This document shows, piece by piece, positions 56,417 to 64,000 of a stretch of DNA of 64,000 bases; the stretch's first letter is position 1, and every line of letters starts with the position of its first letter. The stretch covers positions 16,560-80,559 of the forward strand of contig JAVHLC010000006.1 of the NCBI GenBank assembly GCA_031082315.1, given 5' to 3'. Both the position numbers and the translations under genes were made by a program. The notes below the pieces were generated by a model. The model searched no databases. It was not told the origin of the DNA and saw only the letters and a list, made by a program, of their open reading frames with translations. The stretch comes from Thermodesulfobacteriota bacterium (GTDB lineage Bacteria > Desulfobacterota > QYQD01).

Positions 56417-57922
56417 ATGAGCTACGGATACGAACAATGCATCGTATTAATTGTAACCGTCCCGCTAATCACCTCTTTTCTTGTGGTGCTACTAGGGTGG
56501 TTTAAGAGGTGGCTATGTTACCCGTTAGTCCTGGCTGCCTTAGGGGTATCTTTTCTATGCTCCCTGGGCATTTTGGACCTGGTTATGGAGAGAGGGACGA
56601 TTCACTACTGGCAAGGGGGCTGGGAGCCGCCCTGGGGCATCGAGTACGTGGTAGATCACCTCAACGCCTTTATGCTGGTGATGCTGACGTTCATTGGCCT
56701 TATGGTAGCCATCTACTCAAAAAAGAGTATCGAGCGGGAAATTCCTGAAAAGTTAGTCCCATACTACAGTATCTTCCTGCTCATGGTGACCGGCCTCATT
56801 GGCATCACGGTCACCGGAGACCTCTTTAACGCCTTTGTCTTTCTGGAGATTGCATCCCTCACTGCCTATGCCCTCATAGCCGTGGGTGAAGACGGGGCGC
56901 CTATGGCGGCATTCAACTATGTAATCATGGGCACCATAGGGGCCTGTTTTTACTATCTGGGGATCGGCTACGTGTACATTGCGACCGGTTCGCTGAACAT
57001 GGCCGATTTGTCCCAGCTATTACCCGCCCTATATCATAACAAGGCGGTGCTGGTCGGCTTTGCCTTGTTTACGGTGGGAATCGCTGTCAAAATGGGTCTC
57101 TTCCCGTTGCATGTGTGGCTTCCGGATGCATATACCTATGCGCCTTCTGCCACCAGCGCGGTTATCGCCCCCCTGTTCACCAAGGTTATGGCCTATCTCA
57201 TGGTCCGGATTTTCTTTACGTTGTTTAAACCGCACTTTTCCATAGACCTGATCCCAATAACTCAGATCCTGACCTGGGTGGCGGCTGGCGGCATTATCGC
57301 CGGTTCGATCCTGGCCATCGCCCAGACCGATTTGAAAAGGATGCTGGCCTATTCTTCCATAGCGAACATCGGGTATATCGTGCTGGGTATCGGGCTGGCC
57401 AACCGGATGGGGCTTACCGGCGGCTTACTGCACATTTTGAACCATGCCTTTATGAAAGGGACCCTGTTCCTGGTGGCCGGCGGAATAATGTACAAGATGG
57501 GTATGCGGGATATTACGCAGTTTCGGGGACTGCATAAAAAGATGCCCTTTACCATGGCTGCCTTTACCATCGCCGCCCTCTCCATGATAGGCATACCGCC
57601 TACTGGTGGGTTCTTTAGCAAGTTTTATCTCGTCTTAGGCGCGATCGATGCAAGACAGTGGGCCTTTATAGTGGTTCTGTTGGCTAGCAGTCTGTTAAAC
57701 GCCGTTTACTTCTTTCGGGTTATAGAGAATATCTACCTGGAACCACCGGTGACTGCCTATGCCACCGACGGCGGGACACACGAGGAGATAAAGCGGGATG
57801 AGCTTCCTTTAAGTATGCTTGTCCCCATCCTTATTATGGCGGCTGGAGTAGTCTTGTTAGGTATCTTTAATGAACGCATTATCGCCTTTATCATTCGCTT
57901 TGCGGTTCCGGCAAGCTTTTAA
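56417..57922 (+). CDS. mrpD: MrpD/NuoN-M-type antiporter-like subunit (copy 1)
   Basis: Proton_antipo_M pattern: FVFLEIASLTAYAL, LHVWLPDAYTYAPSATSA, KRMLAYSSIANIGY, HILNHAFMKGTLFL. Confidence 0.92.
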   Translation: MSYGYEQCIVLIVTVPLITSFLVVLLGWFKRWLCYPLVLAALGVSFLCSLGILDLVMERGTIHYWQGGWEPPWGIEYVVDHLNAFMLVMLTFIGLMVAIYSKKSIEREIPEKLVPYYSIFLLMVTGLIGITVTGDLFNAFVFLEIASLTAYALIAVGEDGAPMAAFNYVIMGTIGACFYYLGIGYVYIATGSLNMADLSQLLPALYHNKAVLVGFALFTVGIAVKMGLFPLHVWLPDAYTYAPSATSAVIAPLFTKVMAYLMVRIFFTLFKPHFSIDLIPITQILTWVAAGGIIAGSILAIAQTDLKRMLAYSSIANIGYIVLGIGLANRMGLTGGLLHILNHAFMKGTLFLVAGGIMYKMGMRDITQFRGLHKKMPFTMAAFTIAALSMIGIPPTGGFFSKFYLVLGAIDARQWAFIVVLLASSLLNAVYFFRVIENIYLEPPVTAYATDGGTHEEIKRDELPLSMLVPILIMAAGVVLLGIFNERIIAFIIRFAVPASF

Positions 57923-57937
57923 CCGGGAGGAGACAGG

Positions 57938-59431
57938 ATGGAAATCGTATATTCAATAAAGCCGCTACTTGCTGTTCTGGTATCACTTATTGCTGCCCCG
58001 CTGATCCTTCTTACGGGAGAAAAGCACAAGAATGTCCGGGAATTTTGGACGATTCTGGCGGCACTCATCAAATTCTCCGTGGTGGTCTCCATGATTCCAC
58101 TGATTACCGATGGAAAGATCATAGAGTACACAATTCTACCCATAATTCCCGGTGTCCCCTTGCAGCTAAGAGTGGAGCCCTTCGGGATGATTTTTGCCCT
58201 TCTGTCTTCTACCCTGTGGATTGCTACTTCCTTCTATTCCATAGGCTACATGCGGGGGCTGAATGAGCACGCCCAGACGCGTTACTTCTTTGGCTTTGCC
58301 ATGTGCATGTCTGCCGCTATTGGTATTGCGTTTTCCGCCAATCTGTTGACTCTGTTTGTCTTCTACGAGATTCTTACGATCTCCACCTGGCCACTGGTGG
58401 TTCATAAAGAGACCCAGGAGGCCGTCATGGGCGGTCGAAAGTACCTCTTCTATACCCTGACCGCCGGCACTCTGATACTGTTTTCAACAGCGATGCTCTA
58501 CAACCTGACCGGGACCCTGGATTTTCGGGCGGGCGGCTTTCTGGCCGGACATGGGTCACCTGCCATACAGACTTTACTCCTGATAACCCTTATTCTCGGG
58601 TTCGGGGTGAAGGGCGGGATCATGCCTATGCATGAATGGCTGCCCACAGCCATGGTCGCCCCCACACCGGTCAGCGCCCTCCTCCATGCCGTGGCCGTGG
58701 TGAAAGCCGGTGTCTTTGGATGTCTCCGGGTTATCCTTTTTATCTTTGGCCCCAAGCTCCTCGGTGATCTGGGATTGTGGTTGCCCCTGGCCTATTTTGT
58801 TTCCTTCACCATACTTGCTGCCGGATTGTTGGCTTTAGGGCAGGATCATCTCAAGCGGCGACTGGCATTTTCGACGATAAACTGCCTCTCTATTATGGTG
58901 TTGGGAGCCGCTTTATTATCGAAGAGCAGTATTACCGGTGGGATACTGCATATGGCTTTCCATGGTTTTATGAAAATCACCCTCTTTTTCTGTGCCGGGG
59001 CCATATATGTCAAAACCCATAAGGAATACGTTAGTCAACTGGATGGCCTGGGCAGGCAGATGCCGCTTACCTTCGCTGCCTTTACTATAGGCGCTATGGG
59101 CCTCGCAGGGGTTCCGCCGGTAAATGGCTTCATAAGTAAATGGTACCTTTGTCTAGGGGCCATGGAGTCCAAAGAAATAGTCTTTCTCTTTATACTGCTG
59201 ACCAGTGCCTTGCTGGACGTGGCCTTCTTTTTCCCCATTATTTATAAGGCCTTCTTCAAGAAGCCCTTAGATGATGTCAAACCGCATTTTGACGAGGCTC
59301 CGATGTTTATGGTCGTCCCGCTTGTGGTTACCGCCGTCATGGCGGTGATCCTGGGGGTTTATCCGGATGCCTTTTTCAGATTCTTTAACATAACTGCCTT
59401 GGCTGTGAATAACATTCTGGGGGTAAGTTAA
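57938..59431 (+). CDS. mrpD: MrpD/NuoN-M-type antiporter-like subunit (copy 2)
   Basis: FVFYEILTISTWPLV, MHEWLPTAMVAPTPVSALLHA, KRRLAFSTINCLS and HMAFHGFMKITLFF. Confidence 0.92.
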   Translation: MEIVYSIKPLLAVLVSLIAAPLILLTGEKHKNVREFWTILAALIKFSVVVSMIPLITDGKIIEYTILPIIPGVPLQLRVEPFGMIFALLSSTLWIATSFYSIGYMRGLNEHAQTRYFFGFAMCMSAAIGIAFSANLLTLFVFYEILTISTWPLVVHKETQEAVMGGRKYLFYTLTAGTLILFSTAMLYNLTGTLDFRAGGFLAGHGSPAIQTLLLITLILGFGVKGGIMPMHEWLPTAMVAPTPVSALLHAVAVVKAGVFGCLRVILFIFGPKLLGDLGLWLPLAYFVSFTILAAGLLALGQDHLKRRLAFSTINCLSIMVLGAALLSKSSITGGILHMAFHGFMKITLFFCAGAIYVKTHKEYVSQLDGLGRQMPLTFAAFTIGAMGLAGVPPVNGFISKWYLCLGAMESKEIVFLFILLTSALLDVAFFFPIIYKAFFKKPLDDVKPHFDEAPMFMVVPLVVTAVMAVILGVYPDAFFRFFNITALAVNNILGVS

Positions 59432-59435
59432 TATT

Positions 59436-59645
59436 ATGAAGACCTTCAAGTACATTTTTTTCGGCTCGATTGCCCTGAGCTGTCTGCTGGGGCTGGTTTT
59501 TACCAATCCACATCCCCATTTCTGGTGGCAAAAGATACCGGTGTTTGATGCGGTCTTTGGATTCATCGGATGCATCGTCATCATCGTTGTCTCCAAGGCG
59601 CTCGGTCATGGCTGGCTGCAGAAGAAGGAGGGTTATTATGATTGA
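59436..59645 (+). CDS. small two-TM membrane protein of unknown function
   Basis: 69-aa ORF packed between two antiporter-like genes (4-nt gap upstream, 8-nt overlap downstream). Two hydrophobic segments. I recognise no family. Confidence 0.5.
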   Translation: MKTFKYIFFGSIALSCLLGLVFTNPHPHFWWQKIPVFDAVFGFIGCIVIIVVSKALGHGWLQKKEGYYD

Positions 59646-61425
59646 TATAGTTCCTCCAGCCTTCATATATATCGTCGGGGCGTTCCTCATTCCCCTGTTA
59701 GGGAACAGGCTCAGGCTTTTGAAACAGGCCTTTTTGCTCCTGATCCCGGCCATTGCATTCTGGGATCTTCTCAACATGCCCCAGGGCACCTACTGGATTT
59801 ATCAATTCCTGGGATATGAGCTTATCTTAGGCCGCGTTGACAAACTGAGCATGGTATTCGGCTACATCTTTGTCATCATGTCATTCCTGGGGATGGTCTA
59901 TGCGATCCACATAAAAGAAGACGGGCAGCACGTGGCGGCATTTCTGTATATGGGGAGTACGCTTGGGGTGGTCTTTACCGGAGATCTTTTCACCCTGTTC
60001 GTTTTCTGGGAGATTATGGCCGGGGCCTCTGTTTTTCTGGTCTGGTACAGGCGGGAACAGGCGGCCCTCGACGCCGGATTCAGATACGTTTTTGTGCACC
60101 TGGCTGGCGGTGCGATTCTGTTGGCCGGTATTGTCATGCACGTGGTCGAGACGGGATCAACGGCCTTTTCACTGCTGAAGTCCGATACACTGGCTTCAAA
60201 TTTCATCCTTTTCGGTTTCTTGCTCAATGCCGCGGTGCCTCCACTCCATGCCTGGCTGGCGGATGCCTATCCGGAGGGGACAGTGACCGGCAGCGTATTC
60301 ATGACTGCCTTTACCACGAAAAGCGCCGTATACGTACTGGCGCGAGGATTTGCCGGAACCGAGCTTCTGATATGGCTTGGGGCGATCATGGCCCTCTATG
60401 GTGTGGTTTACGCGGTTCTCGAGAATGATATCCGAAGGCTTCTTGCCTACCACATTATCAGTCAGGTCGGATATATGGTCTGTGGCGTCGGTTTGGGAAG
60501 TGAATTAGCCATAAATGGTGCAAGTGCCCATGCCTTCTGTCACATTCTTTACAAGGCATTACTTTTCATGGGTACCGGCGCGGTGATTTACGTGACGGGA
60601 CGGCGTAAGATGACCGAATTACAGGGTAGAAACCTGTACCGGATGATGCCCATTACCGTCACACTCTATATGATTGGCGCCTTTTCCATCTCGGCCGTAC
60701 CCTTATTCAATGGTTTTGTCAGCAAGACCATGGTCATAGCCGCTGCCGGCATGCTGAACCGACCGGCTATCGAACTTATGCTTCACCTTGCCTCTATAGG
60801 GACATTCCTCCATACGGGTCTGAAGCTTCCCTGGGGTACCTGGTTTGGCAAGCCTACCGGGCAGGAGGACAAAATAGAGGCTAAAGAACCGCCACTGAAC
60901 ATGCTGGTAGCGATGGGGCTGACGGCATTTTTATGCATACTCACTGGCGTCTATCCCCAGGTACTGTATAATATCCTTCCTTATCCGGTTGATTTCCATC
61001 CTTATACTGCGGATAAGGTCGTAGCCGCGATGCAGATGCTGTTACTGACAGCCGCTGCTTTCTGGCTCTACATAGACAAGCTGGGGGGAGAACCAACGGT
61101 CAGCATGGATACGGATTGGTTTTATAGAATGTTTGGCCGTGGCGTTGCGTGGTTCTGTGAAAAGCCGCTGAACGCATTACGCTCAGGAGTGCAAGCTTTT
61201 CTTACCAGTGATGTGAAGGGTTTCGCACTTCTTGCCAAAAACCCGTATCGAGCGGGCCGACTTATTGCTTCCTACTTCCGTGGCGACCCCAAGGATAAAT
61301 ATCAGGCGGTCCGAAACGAGCCATATAATGTGAATACTTACAGGATACCTATCGGCGTATCGGCCGGTGTGGCCACCATATTCCTGTTTCTCCTTACCCT
61401 GATCTATTTCGCCGTCGGGGGATGA
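59638..61425 (+). CDS. MrpA/NuoL-type antiporter-like subunit (copy 3) with C-terminal amphipathic helix plus terminal TM
   Basis: AAGGAGGG 6 nt upstream of ATG 59638 (the ORF-track start 59545 overlaps the small ORF). FVFWEIMAGASVFLV, LHAWLADAYPEGTVTGSVF, RRLLAYHIISQVGYM. The tail DTDWFYRMFGRGVAWFCEKPLNALRSGVQAFL ... IPIGVSAGVATIFLFLLTLIYFAV resembles a NuoL-type lateral helix with its anchor. Confidence 0.9.
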   Translation: MIDIVPPAFIYIVGAFLIPLLGNRLRLLKQAFLLLIPAIAFWDLLNMPQGTYWIYQFLGYELILGRVDKLSMVFGYIFVIMSFLGMVYAIHIKEDGQHVAAFLYMGSTLGVVFTGDLFTLFVFWEIMAGASVFLVWYRREQAALDAGFRYVFVHLAGGAILLAGIVMHVVETGSTAFSLLKSDTLASNFILFGFLLNAAVPPLHAWLADAYPEGTVTGSVFMTAFTTKSAVYVLARGFAGTELLIWLGAIMALYGVVYAVLENDIRRLLAYHIISQVGYMVCGVGLGSELAINGASAHAFCHILYKALLFMGTGAVIYVTGRRKMTELQGRNLYRMMPITVTLYMIGAFSISAVPLFNGFVSKTMVIAAAGMLNRPAIELMLHLASIGTFLHTGLKLPWGTWFGKPTGQEDKIEAKEPPLNMLVAMGLTAFLCILTGVYPQVLYNILPYPVDFHPYTADKVVAAMQMLLLTAAAFWLYIDKLGGEPTVSMDTDWFYRMFGRGVAWFCEKPLNALRSGVQAFLTSDVKGFALLAKNPYRAGRLIASYFRGDPKDKYQAVRNEPYNVNTYRIPIGVSAGVATIFLFLLTLIYFAVGG

Positions 61426-61460
61426 GATTGGCCTTTTGTGAGGGGGCTGAGAATCATTCA

Positions 61461-61495
61461 TTTTCATCCGGAAAGCCTGGCTTTCCGGATGAAAA
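61461..61495. terminator. bidirectional terminator hairpin between the mrpA-like gene and the DUF1992 gene
   Basis: Perfect 15-bp stem TTTTCATCCGGAAAG-cctgg-CTTTCCGGATGAAAA. The A/T runs are part of the stem on both strands. Member of the CCGGAAA hairpin family. Confidence 0.7.
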
Positions 61496-61861
61496 TTACT
61501 TCATCTTGTCGATTAGTTTTTCGTAATAAATCTGGTTTTCTTCAAAATTCACAGGTCGCTTCTGCATGACGTTGAGCTTCATGACCAGGAAATTCAGTTT
61601 CTTCATCTGCCGGTATTTTTCCTTTTCATCGGTGAGCCCGGATAACAGGTCCTGGGCAGCCCGGATATCCTTCTTCAACTGCAGTTCCGGTGGGATACAA
61701 TCGGCATTTTTTAAAATTTTATAGACCAGGCGCAGATCTTCAGGGACGTGGCTATCGTCTTCGAAGACCAGGGGTTTCCCTTTGCCGGGCAGATTGTCAA
61801 ACTCGCCCTTTTCAATGGCTTCCCTGATTATATTTTCTATAATACGCTGAGGGTAGATCAT
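61496..61861 (-). CDS. DUF1992 (DnaJC28-like) domain protein
   Basis: IIREAIEKGEFDNLPGKGKPL is the DUF1992 signature. Confidence 0.8.
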   Translation of the reverse strand: MIYPQRIIENIIREAIEKGEFDNLPGKGKPLVFEDDSHVPEDLRLVYKILKNADCIPPELQLKKDIRAAQDLLSGLTDEKEKYRQMKKLNFLVMKLNVMQKRPVNFEENQIYYEKLIDKMK

Positions 61862-62079
61862 AGGACAACCTTTATACTAAAAAATAGCAGCAAATTTCAG
61901 TAGCCGCAACATAAATTATTCCTTAAAAAACCAGTCTTGTTTTTTTGGCTTTTCGACCCTATCTCTCTAATATTTAAATAGTTCTTTTCTTATTGTGTTA
62001 TCCAGCAAATTCTTATACGATTACCTCTAAATGCAGATATCGACGAGAAAAGGCGAGTCGATATATATAATGTTAGCTT

Positions 62080-63120
62080 ATGAGGTACACACAAATGGAA
62101 AGGAAATACCAAGTTTTTGTCAGTTCAACCTATGAAGACCTAAAGTACGAGAGAGAACAAGTGGTAAGGGCGGTTCTCGAAATGGGCCATATACCAGTTG
62201 GTATGGAAATGTTCAGCGCAGCTGATGAAGAGCAGTGGAAAATAATCCAGCGCCAGATAGAAGCCTCTGATTACTATATCGCAGTAGTTGCTCATAGGTA
62301 TGGCTCAGTCACTTCAGAGGGAATTAGTTACACAGAAAAGGAGTATGACTATGCTGCAAGCGTAGGTGTACCTGTGCTTGGGTTTGTTTTGGACGAAAAA
62401 GCTCCATGGCCTTCTGACAAGATGGAGTCAGCCACCAAGTCGAAGAGATCGATTGAGAAATTTCGGTCAAAAGTACAAAGCCGGTTGGTTAATTTCTGGA
62501 TCAATAAAGAAGATCTGCACGCGAAGGTTTCAATCTCGTTAATGAAGGCTATTAACACGAATCCAAGAGTAGGGTGGGTTAAGGCATCAGAAACCACAGG
62601 CCCTGAGGTGATCAGAGAATTAACCAGGTTAAGTGGGGAGAATTCTTCCCTCAGGATTGAGTTAGAAGTATTGAAACGACAAAGGGATGAAAAGGTGGAT
62701 GAAGTACGGCAAGTATCACAAATACTTCTAAATAACTCATTCAAGATCAATGTAAGAAAGACCGTTGACTGGAAATCCTCCGAGCGTTACGAAACTACGC
62801 TGTTCGATATATTTTCGGCGGTGGCCCCTAACCTGTTGGATGAGAATTCTGCTTTGGGAATGGCACAAAATATGGCTCTGGCGCTTGCCGGCATCGGTTA
62901 TTATAGCAAGTGGCCTATTGGGAAAAACATAGTTTCGGAGCGAACAGCGGACCTTGCCGCTTTGGACCTTATCGAACCCTCTAGAAAGAAACATTCCGTG
63001 CATGACAAAGAAGCCTATTGGACTCTTACAAAGTTAGGCAGGCAGGTCCTTAAGTTGTCCAGGCGCATTATATTGGAAAAGGGGTTAGCTTCTGAAAAAT
63101 CTCCTGCTAATGAATCATAG
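62080..63120 (+). CDS. DUF4062-domain protein with coiled coil and C-terminal wHTH-like region
   Basis: N-terminus YQVFVSSTYEDLKYEREQVVRAVLEMGHIPVGMEMFSAADE ... DYYIAVVAHRYGS matches my recollection of the DUF4062 pattern. A coiled coil follows at LSGENSSLRIELEVLKRQRDEKVDEV. TATAAT at 62066..62071 lies only 8 nt before the ATG, so the mRNA may be leaderless. ATG 62095 is an alternative start. Confidence 0.8.
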   Translation: MRYTQMERKYQVFVSSTYEDLKYEREQVVRAVLEMGHIPVGMEMFSAADEEQWKIIQRQIEASDYYIAVVAHRYGSVTSEGISYTEKEYDYAASVGVPVLGFVLDEKAPWPSDKMESATKSKRSIEKFRSKVQSRLVNFWINKEDLHAKVSISLMKAINTNPRVGWVKASETTGPEVIRELTRLSGENSSLRIELEVLKRQRDEKVDEVRQVSQILLNNSFKINVRKTVDWKSSERYETTLFDIFSAVAPNLLDENSALGMAQNMALALAGIGYYSKWPIGKNIVSERTADLAALDLIEPSRKKHSVHDKEAYWTLTKLGRQVLKLSRRIILEKGLASEKSPANES

Positions 63121-63239
63121 TGAGCGAACGGGGAGGGCGAGCGTGTGTACCGGGCATGGCACAGGGCTATCGGGGTGAAGGAGTAGGGGAATCGTGAGGC
63201 TCCTCCCTATCCCGATTAGCACCGAAAAGGAGGAATACT

Positions 63240-63455
63240 ATGAAGTCAGTAGATCAACTAGCGAAGAAAGCTATAGGACTTAAGCCGACAGAACGAATCC
63301 GGTTAGTTGAGGCCATTTTATACAGCCTTGACAAGCCTGATCCGGAAATCGAAAAAAGCTGGATAGCTGAATCGGAGGCTCGGTATAAGGCTTATAAACG
63401 AGGAGAGCTTGAGGCAATTGATTGGGAAGAAATCAAAAAGAGGTATGACCGTTGA
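63240..63455 (+). CDS. putative addiction-module antitoxin (TIGR02574-like small helical protein)
   Basis: AAGGAGG upstream. 71 aa with the pattern LKPTERIRLVEAILYSL ... IEKSWIAESEARYKAY. Overlaps the downstream toxin gene by 4 nt. Confidence 0.75.
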   Translation: MKSVDQLAKKAIGLKPTERIRLVEAILYSLDKPDPEIEKSWIAESEARYKAYKRGELEAIDWEEIKKRYDR

Positions 63456-63745
63456 AGATTCGGCTGATATCCCCCGCTAATCTTGAGTTGGATGAGGCTG
63501 TGCGGTACTACGACCACCAATTACCTGGGTTGGGTTTTCGTTTTTTCCAGGAAACATCAGCAGCTACCGAGCGTATTAGACTTATGCCAGAAGCATGGAC
63601 GAAAGTAGGCCAGCGAACACGACGTTGCATATTAAAAGGTTTCCCCTATGCTCTTCTTTACGTGATAGAAAAAGAGGAAATTTTAATCACGGCGGTGGCG
63701 CATCTTCACAGAGAACCGGAACACTACAAAGATAGAATCATGTAA
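63452..63745 (+). CDS. type II toxin-antitoxin system RelE/ParE family toxin
   Basis: 97 aa. ANLELDEAVRYYDHQLPGLGFRF ... FPYALLYVIEKEEILITAVAHLHREP is the ParE/RelE plasmid-stabilisation pattern. TTG start. Confidence 0.85.
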   Translation: MKIRLISPANLELDEAVRYYDHQLPGLGFRFFQETSAATERIRLMPEAWTKVGQRTRRCILKGFPYALLYVIEKEEILITAVAHLHREPEHYKDRIM

Positions 63746-63871
63746 ATCTGTTAACAAACGGCGCCACCGGATCGCAGATAAATCCGGTTTCCAGCGAGCA
63801 GGATGTGGGGCCGCCGGTAAAAAAAGTAACAAGAACTTATTCGATTAACTGCAACCCATCTTCGCGGGCAA

Positions 63872-64000
63872 ATGGAAATTAACGCAAAAAAATTTGCAAA
63901 TGAATGGATCGAATCATGGAATTCTCACGATCTCGATAGAATTTTATCGCACTATAGTGATAGCTTTGAAATTACCACTCCTATGATTAAAGTTGCATTG
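63872..64000 (+). CDS. SnoaL/NTF2-like protein, N-terminal fragment (runs off window)
   Basis: MEINAKKFANEWIESWNSHDLDRILSHYSDSFEITTP is a typical start for the NTF2-like/SnoaL family. The ORF is open to the window end. Confidence 0.6.
   Translation, partial: MEINAKKFANEWIESWNSHDLDRILSHYSDSFEITTPMIKVAL

Noticed and set aside
59545-59637. Ser/Arg-rich N-terminal extension of the MrpA-like subunit
   Set aside because: It overlaps the 69-aa membrane ORF in another frame. A strong AAGGAGGG-ATG at 59638 starts directly at the first TM helix.
52594-61425. Membrane-bound hydrogenase (Mbh/Mbx/Ech-type) assignment for the Mrp-like cluster
   Set aside because: The subunit set resembles the Mbh membrane arm. 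However, no NiFe large or small subunit, NuoB/C/D/I-like gene or ferredoxin-like gene is present before the terminator at 61461..61495.

Overview
Chromosomal segment of about 64 kb, roughly half GC by eye. It looks like an anaerobic Desulfobacterota (deltaproteobacterial-type) genome, judging from tungsten-type aldehyde:ferredoxin oxidoreductase, sigma54 activators, a haem-c sensor kinase, an F-ATPase with b and b' subunits, and an Mrp complex. Most of the window is conserved housekeeping. In order: a chemotaxis block (two MCPs, cheW, cheR, cheB), ppsA, the methyl cycle (metK-ahcY), DUF502-panD-panC, rsmA, tsaD, fba-fbp, and a TetR gene divergent from mreBCD-mrdA-rodA. Then come an atpF'FHAGDC operon without a/c subunits, a GlmU-N-terminal-like nucleotidyltransferase, rnr and a TrmJ-like methylase. 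Next is a minus-strand cluster (Lon-like protease, small Cys-rich protein, MlaE, degenerate MlaF, MlaD, TPR lipoprotein), followed by class II aldolase and AOR. The most interesting block is 43.9-61.5 kb. It holds a four-gene phosphorelay, two tandem-USP genes flanking a 630-bp AT-rich control region with a good sigma54 promoter candidate, and a 12-gene Mrp-type membrane complex. That complex is interrupted by a truncated paralogue of the sigma54 activator in which every catalytic motif is broken while the HTH is conserved. The last 2 kb (62-64 kb) looks accessory: a DUF4062 protein, a ParE/RelE toxin-antitoxin pair and a SnoaL-like fragment. Nearly every intergenic region is built from modular repeats: heptanucleotide tandem arrays arranged as inverted arms, a CCGGAAAC-N4-GTTTCCGG hairpin family, G-run hairpins, and two larger composite elements present in 2-4 copies. 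These repeats create false ORF starts and ends. I found no rRNA, tRNA, CRISPR array, transposase or integrase.
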